A stretch of 64,000 nucleotides of DNA from an uncultured Dokdonia sp. (GCF_937910895.1 NZ_CALEMI010000138.1:5280-69279); one strand, 5' to 3'. Positions 37,513-47,435 are shown, numbered from the stretch's first letter. Numbers and translations are program-made. Notes: a model not told the origin generated them from the letters alone.

Positions 37513-38136
37513 ATGGGTTTTTTAAACAAAAATTTTCTGGTTCTTTTCAGCACAACCACTAGTGTTTTAAAGAAGTCTAAAGAACTTTCTGATGCCGAGT
37601 TAGTCGCTCAAATTGTCGCTACAAACAACACGTTACTATTTAGTACGCTCTACGATCGCTATAGTAAGAAAGTGTATAATAAATGTTACAGTTTTGCTCG
37701 TAATGAAGACGAAGCAGAAGATTTAACGCAGGATGTTTTTCTAAAATTATTTACAAAGCTGAATACGTTTAAAGGAACTGCAAAATTTTCTACTTGGCTA
37801 TATGCATTTACCTATAATTTTTGTGCTAACTACGTAAATAGAGATAAGGAGCATAAACTGAGTAAGGAATCTGATACGATGGATGACCACGAGTATCACT
37901 TATCTCATATAGAAGACATTCAGGAAGAGGAACTTTTTGATTTAAAAGCATCTAAGCTAGAAAAAGCACTTAATCGTATTGATCCTGAAGACAAAGCGAT
38001 CTTATTACTAAAATATCAGGATGATAGTTCTGTAAAAGAAATTCAAGCAGTATTAAAAATTGGAGAAAGTGCTGTTAAAATGCGTCTTAAAAGAGCACGC
38101 ATACGTGTAGTAGAAGAACATAATAAAATAGAATAA
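37513..38136 (+). CDS. ECF RNA polymerase sigma-70 factor
   Basis: Region 2 AEDLTQDVFLKL..KFSTWLY; region 4 LLLKYQDDSSVKEI..AVKMRLKRAR. Confidence 0.93.
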   Translation: MGFLNKNFLVLFSTTTSVLKKSKELSDAELVAQIVATNNTLLFSTLYDRYSKKVYNKCYSFARNEDEAEDLTQDVFLKLFTKLNTFKGTAKFSTWLYAFTYNFCANYVNRDKEHKLSKESDTMDDHEYHLSHIEDIQEEELFDLKASKLEKALNRIDPEDKAILLLKYQDDSSVKEIQAVLKIGESAVKMRLKRARIRVVEEHNKIE

Positions 38137-38138
38137 AC

Positions 38139-38330
38139 TTGAAAAAAAATCCATTTAAAGAAATAGCTACTCACAAAGAGACACCTCCTGAACTTAAAAA
38201 AAAGGTGCTGGGAGAGATTGCGTCTATAGGTTTGCTAAGTGATATGGTAGATCTTTTTTCAATAAAATTTGCTGCTGTTATCGAAAGTGCCTTAAAACCA
38301 TCAAAAGAAGCTGTTACTAAGAAAAAATAA
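38139..38330 (+). CDS. small protein, KNPFKEI family copy 1
   Basis: 63 aa directly after sigma; paralog of the next gene. Confidence 0.75.
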   Translation: MKKNPFKEIATHKETPPELKKKVLGEIASIGLLSDMVDLFSIKFAAVIESALKPSKEAVTKKK

Positions 38331-38336
38331 ATATAA

Positions 38337-38364
38337 GTGACTTACATTATTTTTCTGTGTCTCA
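38337..38364 (+). promoter_or_regulatory. putative ECF-sigma promoter, site 9
   Basis: GTGAC-N17-GTCTCA, 26 bp before the ATG at 38391. Confidence 0.7.
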
Positions 38365-38390
38365 ATAGATATTCCAAATATCTATGCTGT

Positions 38391-38585
38391 ATGGGAAGAA
38401 AAAATCCTTTTAAAGAAATAGGCTATCCTAAAAAAGAAGTTCCAAAGGAACTCCGTAAGAAAGTCTTGAATGATGTGGCTGCGGTTAAACTGCTTATAGA
38501 TATGAACTCCTTATTTACTGCAAATTATAAAAACACATTCTCTAGTATCTTCTTCACTGAAAAGAGATCTAACCAAACCAATTAA
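38391..38585 (+). CDS. small protein, KNPFKEI family copy 2
   Basis: MGRKNPFKEIGYPKKEVPKELRKKVL aligns to copy 1; start moved from 38337 to 38391. Confidence 0.75.
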   Translation: MGRKNPFKEIGYPKKEVPKELRKKVLNDVAAVKLLIDMNSLFTANYKNTFSSIFFTEKRSNQTN

Positions 38586-38596
38586 AGCATATACTT

Positions 38597-39427
38597 ATGG
38601 ATAGAGTTGCCAAATTCTCAGACCTTACATTTCAATCATTAAAAGCAATGGGAGAAAAGATAGTAACTGCACTGCCTGATATTCTTGGAGCCATCATCAT
38701 CCTTTTTTTAGGATGGCTGATTACTAAATTTATAGTCTATCTGATTAAAAAAGTATTGAAGATTGCACGTGTAGACAAACTCACCCAAAAACTCAATGAC
38801 TTAAAAGTTTTTGGGAATTCAAAAATCAAGTTCAATATTACAAAAATAGTTACCGTCTTTGTAAAATGGATTATGATGTTAGTCTTCCTTATTATTGCTG
38901 CAGATATTATGAATTGGGAGATCGTCTCTTTGGAAATAGGGAATCTTCTTCGATATTTGCCAAGATTATTCAGTGCGATAGCCTTATTTATGGTAGGTAT
39001 CTATATCGCTAAATTTGTCAAGAAAGCCATACAAGGGTTTTATGAAACATTTGATCTAGCAGGATCAAAAATTATAAGCACACTTGTGTTTTATATTATA
39101 GCCATCATCATTACCATTACCTCCTTAAATCAAGCAGGAATTGATACCACTGTGATTACAAATAATGTGACGGTTATTCTAGGTGCTTTTTTACTTGCAA
39201 TAGCTATTGGATTTGGGTTAGGATCCAGAGAGATTATTAGTGACTTGTTACGTACATTTTATACAAGAAAAAATTTCGAAGTTGGTGACGTTATTAAAAT
39301 AGAGAACCTTAAAGGCACTGTCGTTTCTATAGACAATATATGTATGATATTAGCTACAAACACAGGTAATGTAGTGATTCCTATAAGAGATATTGTTGAA
39401 ACCAAAATAGAAATCATAAAAGAGTAA
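38597..39427 (+). CDS. mechanosensitive ion channel family protein with TM-helix repeats
   Basis: LPDILGAIIIL/LPRLFSAIAL repeats, AIGFGLGSREIISD, FEVGDVIKI. Confidence 0.85.
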   Translation: MDRVAKFSDLTFQSLKAMGEKIVTALPDILGAIIILFLGWLITKFIVYLIKKVLKIARVDKLTQKLNDLKVFGNSKIKFNITKIVTVFVKWIMMLVFLIIAADIMNWEIVSLEIGNLLRYLPRLFSAIALFMVGIYIAKFVKKAIQGFYETFDLAGSKIISTLVFYIIAIIITITSLNQAGIDTTVITNNVTVILGAFLLAIAIGFGLGSREIISDLLRTFYTRKNFEVGDVIKIENLKGTVVSIDNICMILATNTGNVVIPIRDIVETKIEIIKE

Positions 39428-39513
39428 ATTTAAACGTATATAGGCACCCGTTATTTATTACTTTTATATCTCATTTGAGTTTTACATACTATAAACAATT
39501 TAAATAAAGAAAA

Positions 39514-39942
39514 ATGTCAATTTCAGAATTATACGAATCTGGAGGTCAAAAGAATAATATAGCCCATTTTGCTGCTATTGCAAACGTTGCTATTGTAGAT
39601 GGTGAAGCTAATGAACAAGAAAAAGCATTACTGCTTAAATTTGCGCATAAGTTATCGATCCCTTCAGATACCTTTGATAAAGTAATAAAAAATCCAGGAA
39701 AATATCCTATAAATCCTCCTAGCGTAAAAGAAGAACGCTTAGAATACTTATATGATCTCTTTAAAATGATATTTGTAGATCATAATATTGATGAACACGA
39801 GATGAAGATCATACATAGATATGCTATTGGTTTAGGTTCTTCCTCAGAAGCTGCTGACGAATTAATCAAAAAATCTATTAAGATTTTTAGCGGTAATATT
39901 GATTTTGAAGATTATCAATATTTGATTACTAAGAAAAACTAA
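39514..39942 (+). CDS. TerB-family protein
   Basis: AIVDGEANEQEK and FVDHNIDEHE repeated motif. Confidence 0.8.
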   Translation: MSISELYESGGQKNNIAHFAAIANVAIVDGEANEQEKALLLKFAHKLSIPSDTFDKVIKNPGKYPINPPSVKEERLEYLYDLFKMIFVDHNIDEHEMKIIHRYAIGLGSSSEAADELIKKSIKIFSGNIDFEDYQYLITKKN

Positions 39943-39980
39943 ATATACTACCTCGACATAAGTATCTGGAAGATATACAT

Positions 39981-40020
39981 AGAAAAACCTGATTACATTT
40001 ATGTGTAATCAGGTTTTTCT
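39981..40020. terminator. bidirectional intrinsic terminator
   Basis: AGAAAAACCTGATTACA-tttatg-TGTAATCAGGTTTTTCT between convergent genes. Confidence 0.85.
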
Positions 40021-40079
40021 ATGTATACGATTTATTGGATTGAGAATCTCTTATTCCTTCAGAAATTAAAGTCTCAATA

Positions 40080-41450
40080 CTATTTCTTAAACTTAAGTTT
40101 TTTCTCAATGGCTTCTATCATAATATTTGCGATATCAAGTCCTGTTGCCGCTTCAATCCCTTCTAAGCCTGGAGATGAATTTACTTCCAATAATAAAGGT
40201 CCTTTATTAGAACGTATGATATCTACGCCTGCTACAGGAAGTCCTAAAATCTTTGCTGCTTTTACAGCAAGTTTGCGCTCTTCTAGTGTTACCTTAATTT
40301 TTGAAGCAGATCCGCCTTGGTGTATGTTTGCCCTAAACTCTCCTTTTGCAGCTTGTCGTTGCATAGAGGCTACAACCTTCCCGTTTACAACAAAACAACG
40401 TATGTCCTGACCGTTTGCTTCTTTAATGAACTCTTGTACCAAGATGTTTGTCTTTACGCTCTTAAAAGCGTTGATTACACTCTCTGCTGCCTTTGAGGTT
40501 TCGGCTAGAACAACTCCTTTCCCTTGGGTACTTTCTAATAATTTAACAATGAGTGGCGCCCCATTGACCATTTTTATAAGATCTTTTGTATCTAAAGGAG
40601 AATTTGCAAAACCTGTAATAGGGATATGAATATCGTTTTTGGCAAATAACTGTGTTGCTTGTAATTTATCTCTTGATTGTGTGATGGCATCGGCAGAGTT
40701 AAGACAATAGGTACCCATGGCATCAAACTGACGAATAAGAGCACAGGCATAAAACGTAACAGAGGGTTTAATACGAGGAATAATCGCATCAAATTCATCA
40801 ATCACGTTACCTCCTCGATATCGTATTTGAGGTTCTCTTGCATCAAACTTCATATATGCCTGCTCTACATTAAGAAATATCATCTCATGACCTCGCATAC
40901 GACCAGCCTCCATCAAACGTTTATTACTAAACAAATCTGGGTTACTTGCTAGTAAAGCAATTTTTAAACCTGTTTTCTCACTATGAATCATAGTGTACAT
41001 ATTTTCCAAATCTTCTTCTGAAATTTCAGAAACCAGATATGTAGCAGAGGGGTTTACCAAATAACGGTTTTGTAATGCCTCACGTCCTAGCAACATTCTA
41101 AATTCCATAGAGTCACGGTTTGCCAGGGTTAACTCTATCTCAAAGGTATCTTTTCCAAAGGTAATTGGAGCCTTAATCACAATTCGTTCTTCAGAAATTC
41201 CCATCGAACTTTTTACAGATCGCTTTGCGTGTACTTTTGCCTCACAGGTAATACTTATGCTTCTATTCACTTGTAAAGGATTCACCTCAAAGCTTACCCA
41301 TTCTTGATTCTCCTTAAAGAATGTTTTGATAGCATTCGCTTGTATAGACGAGGTTTTAGCACCTGAATCTACACGCGCTTTTATTGCTGGTATCCCAAAG
41401 GTTTCAAAAGAGCACCACTCTTCACTTCCTATTATTTTTAAGTTTTCCAA
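40080..41450 (-). CDS. rimK: RimK fused to an N-terminal retropepsin-like (RimB/DUF785-type) protease domain
   Basis: N-terminal [14 protein letters not shown]; C-terminal RimK motifs ([28 protein letters not shown]). Confidence 0.88.
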   Translation of the reverse strand: MENLKIIGSEEWCSFETFGIPAIKARVDSGAKTSSIQANAIKTFFKENQEWVSFEVNPLQVNRSISITCEAKVHAKRSVKSSMGISEERIVIKAPITFGKDTFEIELTLANRDSMEFRMLLGREALQNRYLVNPSATYLVSEISEEDLENMYTMIHSEKTGLKIALLASNPDLFSNKRLMEAGRMRGHEMIFLNVEQAYMKFDAREPQIRYRGGNVIDEFDAIIPRIKPSVTFYACALIRQFDAMGTYCLNSADAITQSRDKLQATQLFAKNDIHIPITGFANSPLDTKDLIKMVNGAPLIVKLLESTQGKGVVLAETSKAAESVINAFKSVKTNILVQEFIKEANGQDIRCFVVNGKVVASMQRQAAKGEFRANIHQGGSASKIKVTLEERKLAVKAAKILGLPVAGVDIIRSNKGPLLLEVNSSPGLEGIEAATGLDIANIMIEAIEKKLKFKK

Positions 41451-41524
41451 ACTAATATTTTATAAATGAATTTTAATATGATACAAATAAACATCCAAAT
41501 GGTTATTTATATATGTATTTGATT

Positions 41525-43051
41525 TTATTTTTTTCTAAGTTCAAACAAATCTTTTCGTCTATCTCTAAGGTTTTTTACAGCCCCAAACTGATTTAATTCT
41601 CTAAGCAAATCTATATCTACATCTGCGATAAGGATCATTTCTGTATTTGGGGTAGCTTCGGCTTTGATCCCATTTGTTGGAAATGAAAAATCACAAGGTG
41701 TAAAGACCATCGATTGCGCAAACTGAATGTCCATATTTTCTACATTAGGTAGATTACCTACACTTCCTGCAATGGCAACGTAGCATTCATTTTCTATAGC
41801 TCTTGCTTGAGAACAATGACGCACACGAGAATATCCGTTTTGAGTGTCGGTTAAGAAGGGAACAAATAAGATATCCATTCCTTCGTCTGCAAGTAATCTG
41901 CTTAGTTCTGGAAATTCAGAATCATAGCAAATAAGAACACCTATTTTACCACAGTCTGTGTCAAATGCTTTGATCTGACTTCCTCCCTGCATTCCCCATA
42001 CTTTTGCTTCATCTGGTGTTACATGTAGTTTTTCATATCGATCTACACTACCATCTCGACGACATAAATAGCCTACATTATATAAGCGACCATCTTTCAT
42101 TTCTGGCATACTCCCTGAAATAATATTGATGTTATAGGAGATTGAGAATTCTGAAAATTTCTGTACGATTGCTGCCGTATGTTTTGCTAGTTCTCTAATA
42201 GCGTCTGGTGTACTTAAATGGTTGTCTTTTGCCATTAAGGGTGCATTGAAGAACTCTGGAAACAAGACAAAGTCTGATCGATATCCAGCGACAGCATCTA
42301 TAAAGTACTCAGCTTGATTCAATAATTCATCTAAATCCTTATAGGGACGCATCTGCCATTGTATCAACCCAAGACGAACATTTTTTTTCTTTGTCGCTGC
42401 TTTTTTACTCGGCTTCTTGTAGTAGATATTATCCCATTCCATTAATATCGCAAAATCACCTGAGTCTCTATCACCTTCTAAGTAGCCATTCATCACTCTA
42501 GTAGGATGAAAATCATTAGATATTTGGAAGTTTAATACGGGATCATTAATTTCTTTACGCTTTACTTTTTCTATATATTCTTTAGGTGAAATATTTTCTG
42601 AATATTTGCTATAATTAGGCATTCTTCCTCCAAAAGCAATTCCCTTTAAGTTCAATTTTTCACATACTTCTTTGCGATAATCATAAAGTCTTCTTCCTAA
42701 ACGCAATCCTCTAAACTCAGGTTTGATAAATACATCAACGCCATATAGAACGTCACCATCATTTGTATGCGTGTTAAAAGAGTAGTTACCTGTAATGTCT
42801 ACATAGGTATGATTTTCTTTAAAATCATCATAATTTACAATAATAGACAACGCACAACCAGCTAGCTGTCCGTTAATTTTTATGACTACTTGTCCTTCTG
42901 GAAATTTATGAATAAGCGATTTTATGTGATGTTCTTTCCAATACGAATCTGGCATATTTGTATATGCAGAAATCATTGTAGTTTTAAGCTCTTGATAATC
43001 ATCTAAATCAAGAAATTTTAATTCGATATTTTCTATATCTTTTGTTTTCAT
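41525..43051 (-). CDS. bifunctional GNAT acetyltransferase / carbon-nitrogen hydrolase
   Basis: GNAT FRGLRLGRRLY; nitrilase triad FPEF, YEKLH, ICYD; TATCTTTG -7 box at 43065-43072. Confidence 0.9.
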   Translation of the reverse strand: MKTKDIENIELKFLDLDDYQELKTTMISAYTNMPDSYWKEHHIKSLIHKFPEGQVVIKINGQLAGCALSIIVNYDDFKENHTYVDITGNYSFNTHTNDGDVLYGVDVFIKPEFRGLRLGRRLYDYRKEVCEKLNLKGIAFGGRMPNYSKYSENISPKEYIEKVKRKEINDPVLNFQISNDFHPTRVMNGYLEGDRDSGDFAILMEWDNIYYKKPSKKAATKKKNVRLGLIQWQMRPYKDLDELLNQAEYFIDAVAGYRSDFVLFPEFFNAPLMAKDNHLSTPDAIRELAKHTAAIVQKFSEFSISYNINIISGSMPEMKDGRLYNVGYLCRRDGSVDRYEKLHVTPDEAKVWGMQGGSQIKAFDTDCGKIGVLICYDSEFPELSRLLADEGMDILFVPFLTDTQNGYSRVRHCSQARAIENECYVAIAGSVGNLPNVENMDIQFAQSMVFTPCDFSFPTNGIKAEATPNTEMILIADVDIDLLRELNQFGAVKNLRDRRKDLFELRKK

Positions 43052-43276
43052 ATATTTTAGTTGCCAAAGATACCTTTAGCTTTCTTTTAACTTGTTTTAT
43101 AGTATATACTCTTTGGAAGTATAGAAGCATATTGATTTCTATAGAGGTCTATATAGATTTGTAAATCAACACGTTTTACGTATTTCGCGTAAGCGTATTT
43201 ATATAGAACTTTAGTTACTTTCTAGATTCCTTAGGGTCAAACTGCTCAATAGGCGGCTGCTTTAATAAGACACCTA

Positions 43277-43696
43277 TTAATTTGCTTTTTTTCTAAATTG
43301 ATCACAATACAACGCAACAGCACTACGATCTTCTTTGTCTAAAAATTCTAAAGCGTCATACCACGATACCCAAATTGCGTTTTTGAACTTTTCAGGTTCT
43401 AATACTTCGATATTTACAATAGGTTTTGTTGTGATAAAGTAGTGCTTGTAGACGACTCTTTTTTCTTTCGTAATATTCCTTATAGAAATAAAATAAGTAA
43501 GCTCTTTCTTTTTTAGTTTGACACCTATTTCTTCACGGGTTTCTCTTATAAGCGATCTATAATCTGATTCCTGTTTCTTTTGAATTCCTCCTGCTAAGGT
43601 GTACTTTTTCTTGGCATCTATTTTTTCAAGCACCAAGATATTGTCCTCTTTAAAGGCTATAAGACGTGATTTATGAATTGCTTTAAAAGTTTTCAA
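43277..43696 (-). CDS. NUDIX hydrolase
   Basis: GG.QKKQESDYRSLIRETREEIG NUDIX box. Confidence 0.85.
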   Translation of the reverse strand: MKTFKAIHKSRLIAFKEDNILVLEKIDAKKKYTLAGGIQKKQESDYRSLIRETREEIGVKLKKKELTYFISIRNITKEKRVVYKHYFITTKPIVNIEVLEPEKFKNAIWVSWYDALEFLDKEDRSAVALYCDQFRKKAN

Positions 43697-43731
43697 GAAT
43701 GGTTTACGTTACATTGCGTAAAATCTAATCC

Positions 43732-44031
43732 TTATTCAAAAGGATCTTGAACTGCGTCTGGATCAGTTGCATCAAGGTCTTCATACTCTTCCTCATCATA
43801 ATCTTCCATTACTTTTTCAAGCTTAGCACTTACTTTTACCAAATATTTTGTGTCTTCTGTCACAATCTCAATAGCTTCTATTAAATCATAGTTTGCATTT
43901 CTAAACCTAATAACATCTGCATCATCATAGCCGTCAGGATATTTTTGCACTACAAGAGCTAAAATTTCTGGCGTTAGCTTTTTAAAATCTACGATAACTC
44001 TTTTAAGGTTAGGGTTTTGATTCTTTTTCAT
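43732..44031 (-). CDS. conserved small protein with acidic tail
   Basis: 99-aa ORF, RVIVDFKKLT..KYPDGY, acidic C-terminus. Confidence 0.8.
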   Translation of the reverse strand: MKKNQNPNLKRVIVDFKKLTPEILALVVQKYPDGYDDADVIRFRNANYDLIEAIEIVTEDTKYLVKVSAKLEKVMEDYDEEEYEDLDATDPDAVQDPFE

Positions 44032-44033
44032 AA

Positions 44034-45008
44034 TTACATATCTAATAGGTAAGCAAATATTAAGGGTGCTACGATAGTAGCATCAGATTCTATAATGAAT
44101 TTTGGTGTATTCATATCCAATTTTCCCCACGTGATTTTTTCATTAGGTACAGCACCACTATAAGACCCATAACTTGTTGTAGAGTCACTTATCTGACAAA
44201 AATAACTCCAGAAAGGGGTATCGGTACGTTCCATATCTTGATATAACATAGGTACTACGCAAATAGGAAAATCACCAGCTATCCCTCCTCCTATTTGAAA
44301 AAAGCCAATTCCATTAGTAGAATTATCTGTATACCAATCTGCCAGGTAAGTCATATATTCTATCCCTGACTTCATGGTACTTGCTTTAAGTTCTCCTTTC
44401 ATCACGTAGCTAGCAAAAATATTACCCATCGTACTATCTTCCCAACCAGGAACAATAATCGGTAGGTTTGCTTTTGCAGCGGCATACATCCAAGAGTCTT
44501 TTATATCTATCTCGTAATGTTTTTCTAATACTCCAGAAAGTAATAGCTTGTACATAAACTCATGAGGGAAATAACGCTCACCAGCAGCTTCAGCATCTTT
44601 CCATATTTTGACAATATGCTCTTGAATCCTTCTAAAGGCCTCTTCTTCAGGAATACAAGTATCTGTCACACGGTTTAAACCACGTTCTAACAAATCCCAT
44701 TCGTCTTGAGGAGTTAAATCGCGATAGTTAGGTACACGCTCATAGTGACTGTGTGCGACAAGATTCATAATATCTTCTTCTAGGTTTGCCCCAGTACAAG
44801 AGATAATATGTACTTTATCTTGACGAATAATTTCTGCAAATATCTTCCCTAACTCTGCTGTACTCATAGCGCCTGCTAGAGATACTAACATTTTAGAACC
44901 TTTTGCGAGTTGATCTTCATATCCTTTGGCAGCATCTACCAGAGAGGCTGCATTAAAATGCAAATAGTATGTAGACAAAAATTGAGAAATAGCTCCTTTA
45001 GTCTTCAT
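44034..45008 (-). CDS. deoxyhypusine synthase-like protein (probable homospermidine synthase)
   Basis: GAMSTAELG, TGANLEED, QIGGG, SGAVPNEKITWGK. Confidence 0.9.
   Translation of the reverse strand: MKTKGAISQFLSTYYLHFNAASLVDAAKGYEDQLAKGSKMLVSLAGAMSTAELGKIFAEIIRQDKVHIISCTGANLEEDIMNLVAHSHYERVPNYRDLTPQDEWDLLERGLNRVTDTCIPEEEAFRRIQEHIVKIWKDAEAAGERYFPHEFMYKLLLSGVLEKHYEIDIKDSWMYAAAKANLPIIVPGWEDSTMGNIFASYVMKGELKASTMKSGIEYMTYLADWYTDNSTNGIGFFQIGGGIAGDFPICVVPMLYQDMERTDTPFWSYFCQISDSTTSYGSYSGAVPNEKITWGKLDMNTPKFIIESDATIVAPLIFAYLLDM
44161..44188 (-). promoter_or_regulatory. possible intragenic ECF-motif site 10
   Basis: GTGAC-N17-GTCTTA inside the DHS-like gene, about 130 bp before the 44031 start; may be a codon coincidence. 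Confidence 0.35.
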
Positions 45009-45939
45009 CTTGATCGTATTTTAACTTATTGATATTATTTTCTTCTTGAAAACTATAAAGATTGTCATTTTCTTGATCCTGATCTTGCTCTTTGAATTTG
45101 TAGCTCAACATTTTGTAATAAAGTTTTGCGGCAAGAAAATCTGAAGACTTATCTACTTCATTAGGACATAGTTCTACAATATCAAATCCAACTACATTTT
45201 TTTGTTCGAATATACTTTTAAGGAATTCTAAGGTTTCGTACCAGAATAATCCTCCTGGCTCTGGTGTTCCTGTGCTTGGCATAATTGAAGGATCGAGTGC
45301 ATCCAAGTCAAAAGTGATATATACGTTGTCACCTAATGATTCTACAACCTTGTCCACCCAATAATCATCTACTGCCATCTCATGTGCAAAAAACACATTA
45401 TCTGGACGCATTACAGACTTTTCTGAGATATCCATACTACGAATCCCTACTTGTATTAGGTTTGTAGTTTCGTTTGCTTCGTGTAAAGCGCACGCATGGT
45501 TATAAGGTGAACCTTCGTATTCTTTTCTTAAATCTGCATGTGCATCTATGTGCAGTACTGTAAGATCTTGATAGCATTCATTAAAAGCACGTATAGCTCC
45601 TATAGACACAGAATGTTCTCCACCAAACATAGTGACAAACTTGTTGCGTTTTATATGATCCTTGATCATTTCATGTACTGTATTCACCATAGCCTCTGGA
45701 GAGCTACTTTCTGTGATAGCATCTGCTAGGTGGATTCCTTGTTTGTATACTTGAGTATCGGTTTCTATATCGTAAAGCTCCATATTTTCCGAAGCGTGTA
45801 AAAATGCTTCTGGACCTTTATCAGCTCCTTTACCCCAAGTACTTGTTCCATCATAAGGAACGGGAATTAATACTATTTTTGAAGCATCAAGGCTTGCATA
45901 TTTTTCTGGAATCCCTGCGTATGTATTAAACGTTTTCAT
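44998..45939 (-). CDS. speB: agmatinase
   Basis: GGEHSVS, DAHADL, FDLDALDP, TGTPEPGG. Confidence 0.92.
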   Translation of the reverse strand: MKTFNTYAGIPEKYASLDASKIVLIPVPYDGTSTWGKGADKGPEAFLHASENMELYDIETDTQVYKQGIHLADAITESSSPEAMVNTVHEMIKDHIKRNKFVTMFGGEHSVSIGAIRAFNECYQDLTVLHIDAHADLRKEYEGSPYNHACALHEANETTNLIQVGIRSMDISEKSVMRPDNVFFAHEMAVDDYWVDKVVESLGDNVYITFDLDALDPSIMPSTGTPEPGGLFWYETLEFLKSIFEQKNVVGFDIVELCPNEVDKSSDFLAAKLYYKMLSYKFKEQDQDQENDNLYSFQEENNINKLKYDQDED

Positions 45940-45977
45940 TGTATTTTGTTCTAATTTGTTTTGACTTAGTAAGAGGT

Positions 45978-47435
45978 TTAAATAGGCTCACTAACTTCAG
46001 GTATGGTTTTTTTTGCTTTCGCGAAAGCGTTATTAATATCATAATCATATCCAAGAATAGACAGTAATTGCTCCGAGGTTTGCTGGTTTGCAAACACCGA
46101 AGTTGTGATCTCTCCATCTTCATTGCGATCTATTAAAATATGTTTAGGTGTTGGGATCAAGCAATGCTGCAATCCACCAAAACCTCCGATGGTCTCTTGA
46201 TAAGCACCGGTATTGAAAAAGCCGATATAGAGTGGTTTTTCTTGAGTAAATTTAGGTAAATAGATTGCATTCATGTGTTGCTCACTGTTGTAATAATCAT
46301 CACTGTCACAGGTAAGACCTCCTAATAAAACGCGTTCATATTCTTTATCCCACCCAGAAATAGGCAACATCACAAACCGTTTATTAATTGCCCAAGTATC
46401 TGGCATTGTGGTGATAAATGAAGAATTAATCATATTCCACTTTTCTCGATCATTTTGTTTTTTCTGATAGAGCACTTCATAAATAGCGCCTCCTGCTTCA
46501 CCTACCGTAAAGCTACCAAATTCTGTAAAGATATTAGGTACATCAACGCCAGCCTCATCACAGGTTTGCTTAATCTGTCGGATGATCTCATCAATCATGT
46601 ACGCATAATCATACTCAAAAGCGAGCGAATTTTTTATAGGAAAACCACCGCCTATATTGAGACTATCAAGCTTTGGATTTTCTTTTTTAAGAGCTACGTA
46701 CACCTTCAAACACTTAGAAAGTTCATTCCAGTAATAAGCTGTATCACGTATCCCTGTATTAATAAAAAAATGTAGCATCTTAAGCGTTACCTTAGGATTG
46801 TCCTTAATCTCACTGTTGTAAAAAGGTACAATATTTCTATATCCTATCCCAAGTCTGGACGTATAAAATTCAAACTTAGGCTCTTCTTCTGATGCAATTC
46901 GGATTCCTATAGTATAGGTGCCGTCTATGACTTCGCTAAGTAAGTTAATTTCTTCATAGTTATCAATAATAGGTATGCAGTTTTTATGTCCGTTATTGAT
47001 AAGTCTTGCAATATTTTGTATGTATTGATCACGTTTAAAACCATTGCTTATAACATAAGTTTCATTCGTTATTTTTCCTTGTGCTTTCAGGTTTTCAACA
47101 ATATCCATATCAAAAGCAGATGAGGTTTCAATATGAATATCATTTTTAAGAGCCTCGTCTAACACGTGTTTAAAGTGTGAGCTCTTGGTGCAATAGCAGT
47201 AATTATATGAGCCTTTATAGTCATTTTCTTTAATTGCATTTGCAAACCATCCTTTTGCTCTGTTTATATTTTCAGATATTTTAGGGAGATATGTAAACTT
47301 TAATGGCGTACCATATTTTGCTGTAAGCGCCATGAGATCAATCCCATGAAAATTGAGTGTATTATTTTTAAGTGTGAACTCCTCTTGTGGGAAATCAAAA
47401 GTTTGATCTATAAGATCAATATATTTTGTTTTCAT
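45978..47435 (-). CDS. speA: arginine decarboxylase (fold type III PLP)
   Basis: YCTKSSHF, SRLG, LNIGGG, TCDSDDYY, GAYQE; directly upstream of speB. Confidence 0.88.
   Translation of the reverse strand: MKTKYIDLIDQTFDFPQEEFTLKNNTLNFHGIDLMALTAKYGTPLKFTYLPKISENINRAKGWFANAIKENDYKGSYNYCYCTKSSHFKHVLDEALKNDIHIETSSAFDMDIVENLKAQGKITNETYVISNGFKRDQYIQNIARLINNGHKNCIPIIDNYEEINLLSEVIDGTYTIGIRIASEEEPKFEFYTSRLGIGYRNIVPFYNSEIKDNPKVTLKMLHFFINTGIRDTAYYWNELSKCLKVYVALKKENPKLDSLNIGGGFPIKNSLAFEYDYAYMIDEIIRQIKQTCDEAGVDVPNIFTEFGSFTVGEAGGAIYEVLYQKKQNDREKWNMINSSFITTMPDTWAINKRFVMLPISGWDKEYERVLLGGLTCDSDDYYNSEQHMNAIYLPKFTQEKPLYIGFFNTGAYQETIGGFGGLQHCLIPTPKHILIDRNEDGEITTSVFANQQTSEQLLSILGYDYDINNAFAKAKKTIPEVSEPI
46015..46028. 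repeat. palindrome copy 8 (speA tail, AFAKA)
   Basis: Perfect 14-mer. Confidence 0.9.

Noticed and set aside
38337-38390. N-terminal extension of the 82-aa ORF
   Set aside because: The GTG start lies in the promoter motif; the paralog alignment starts at 38391.
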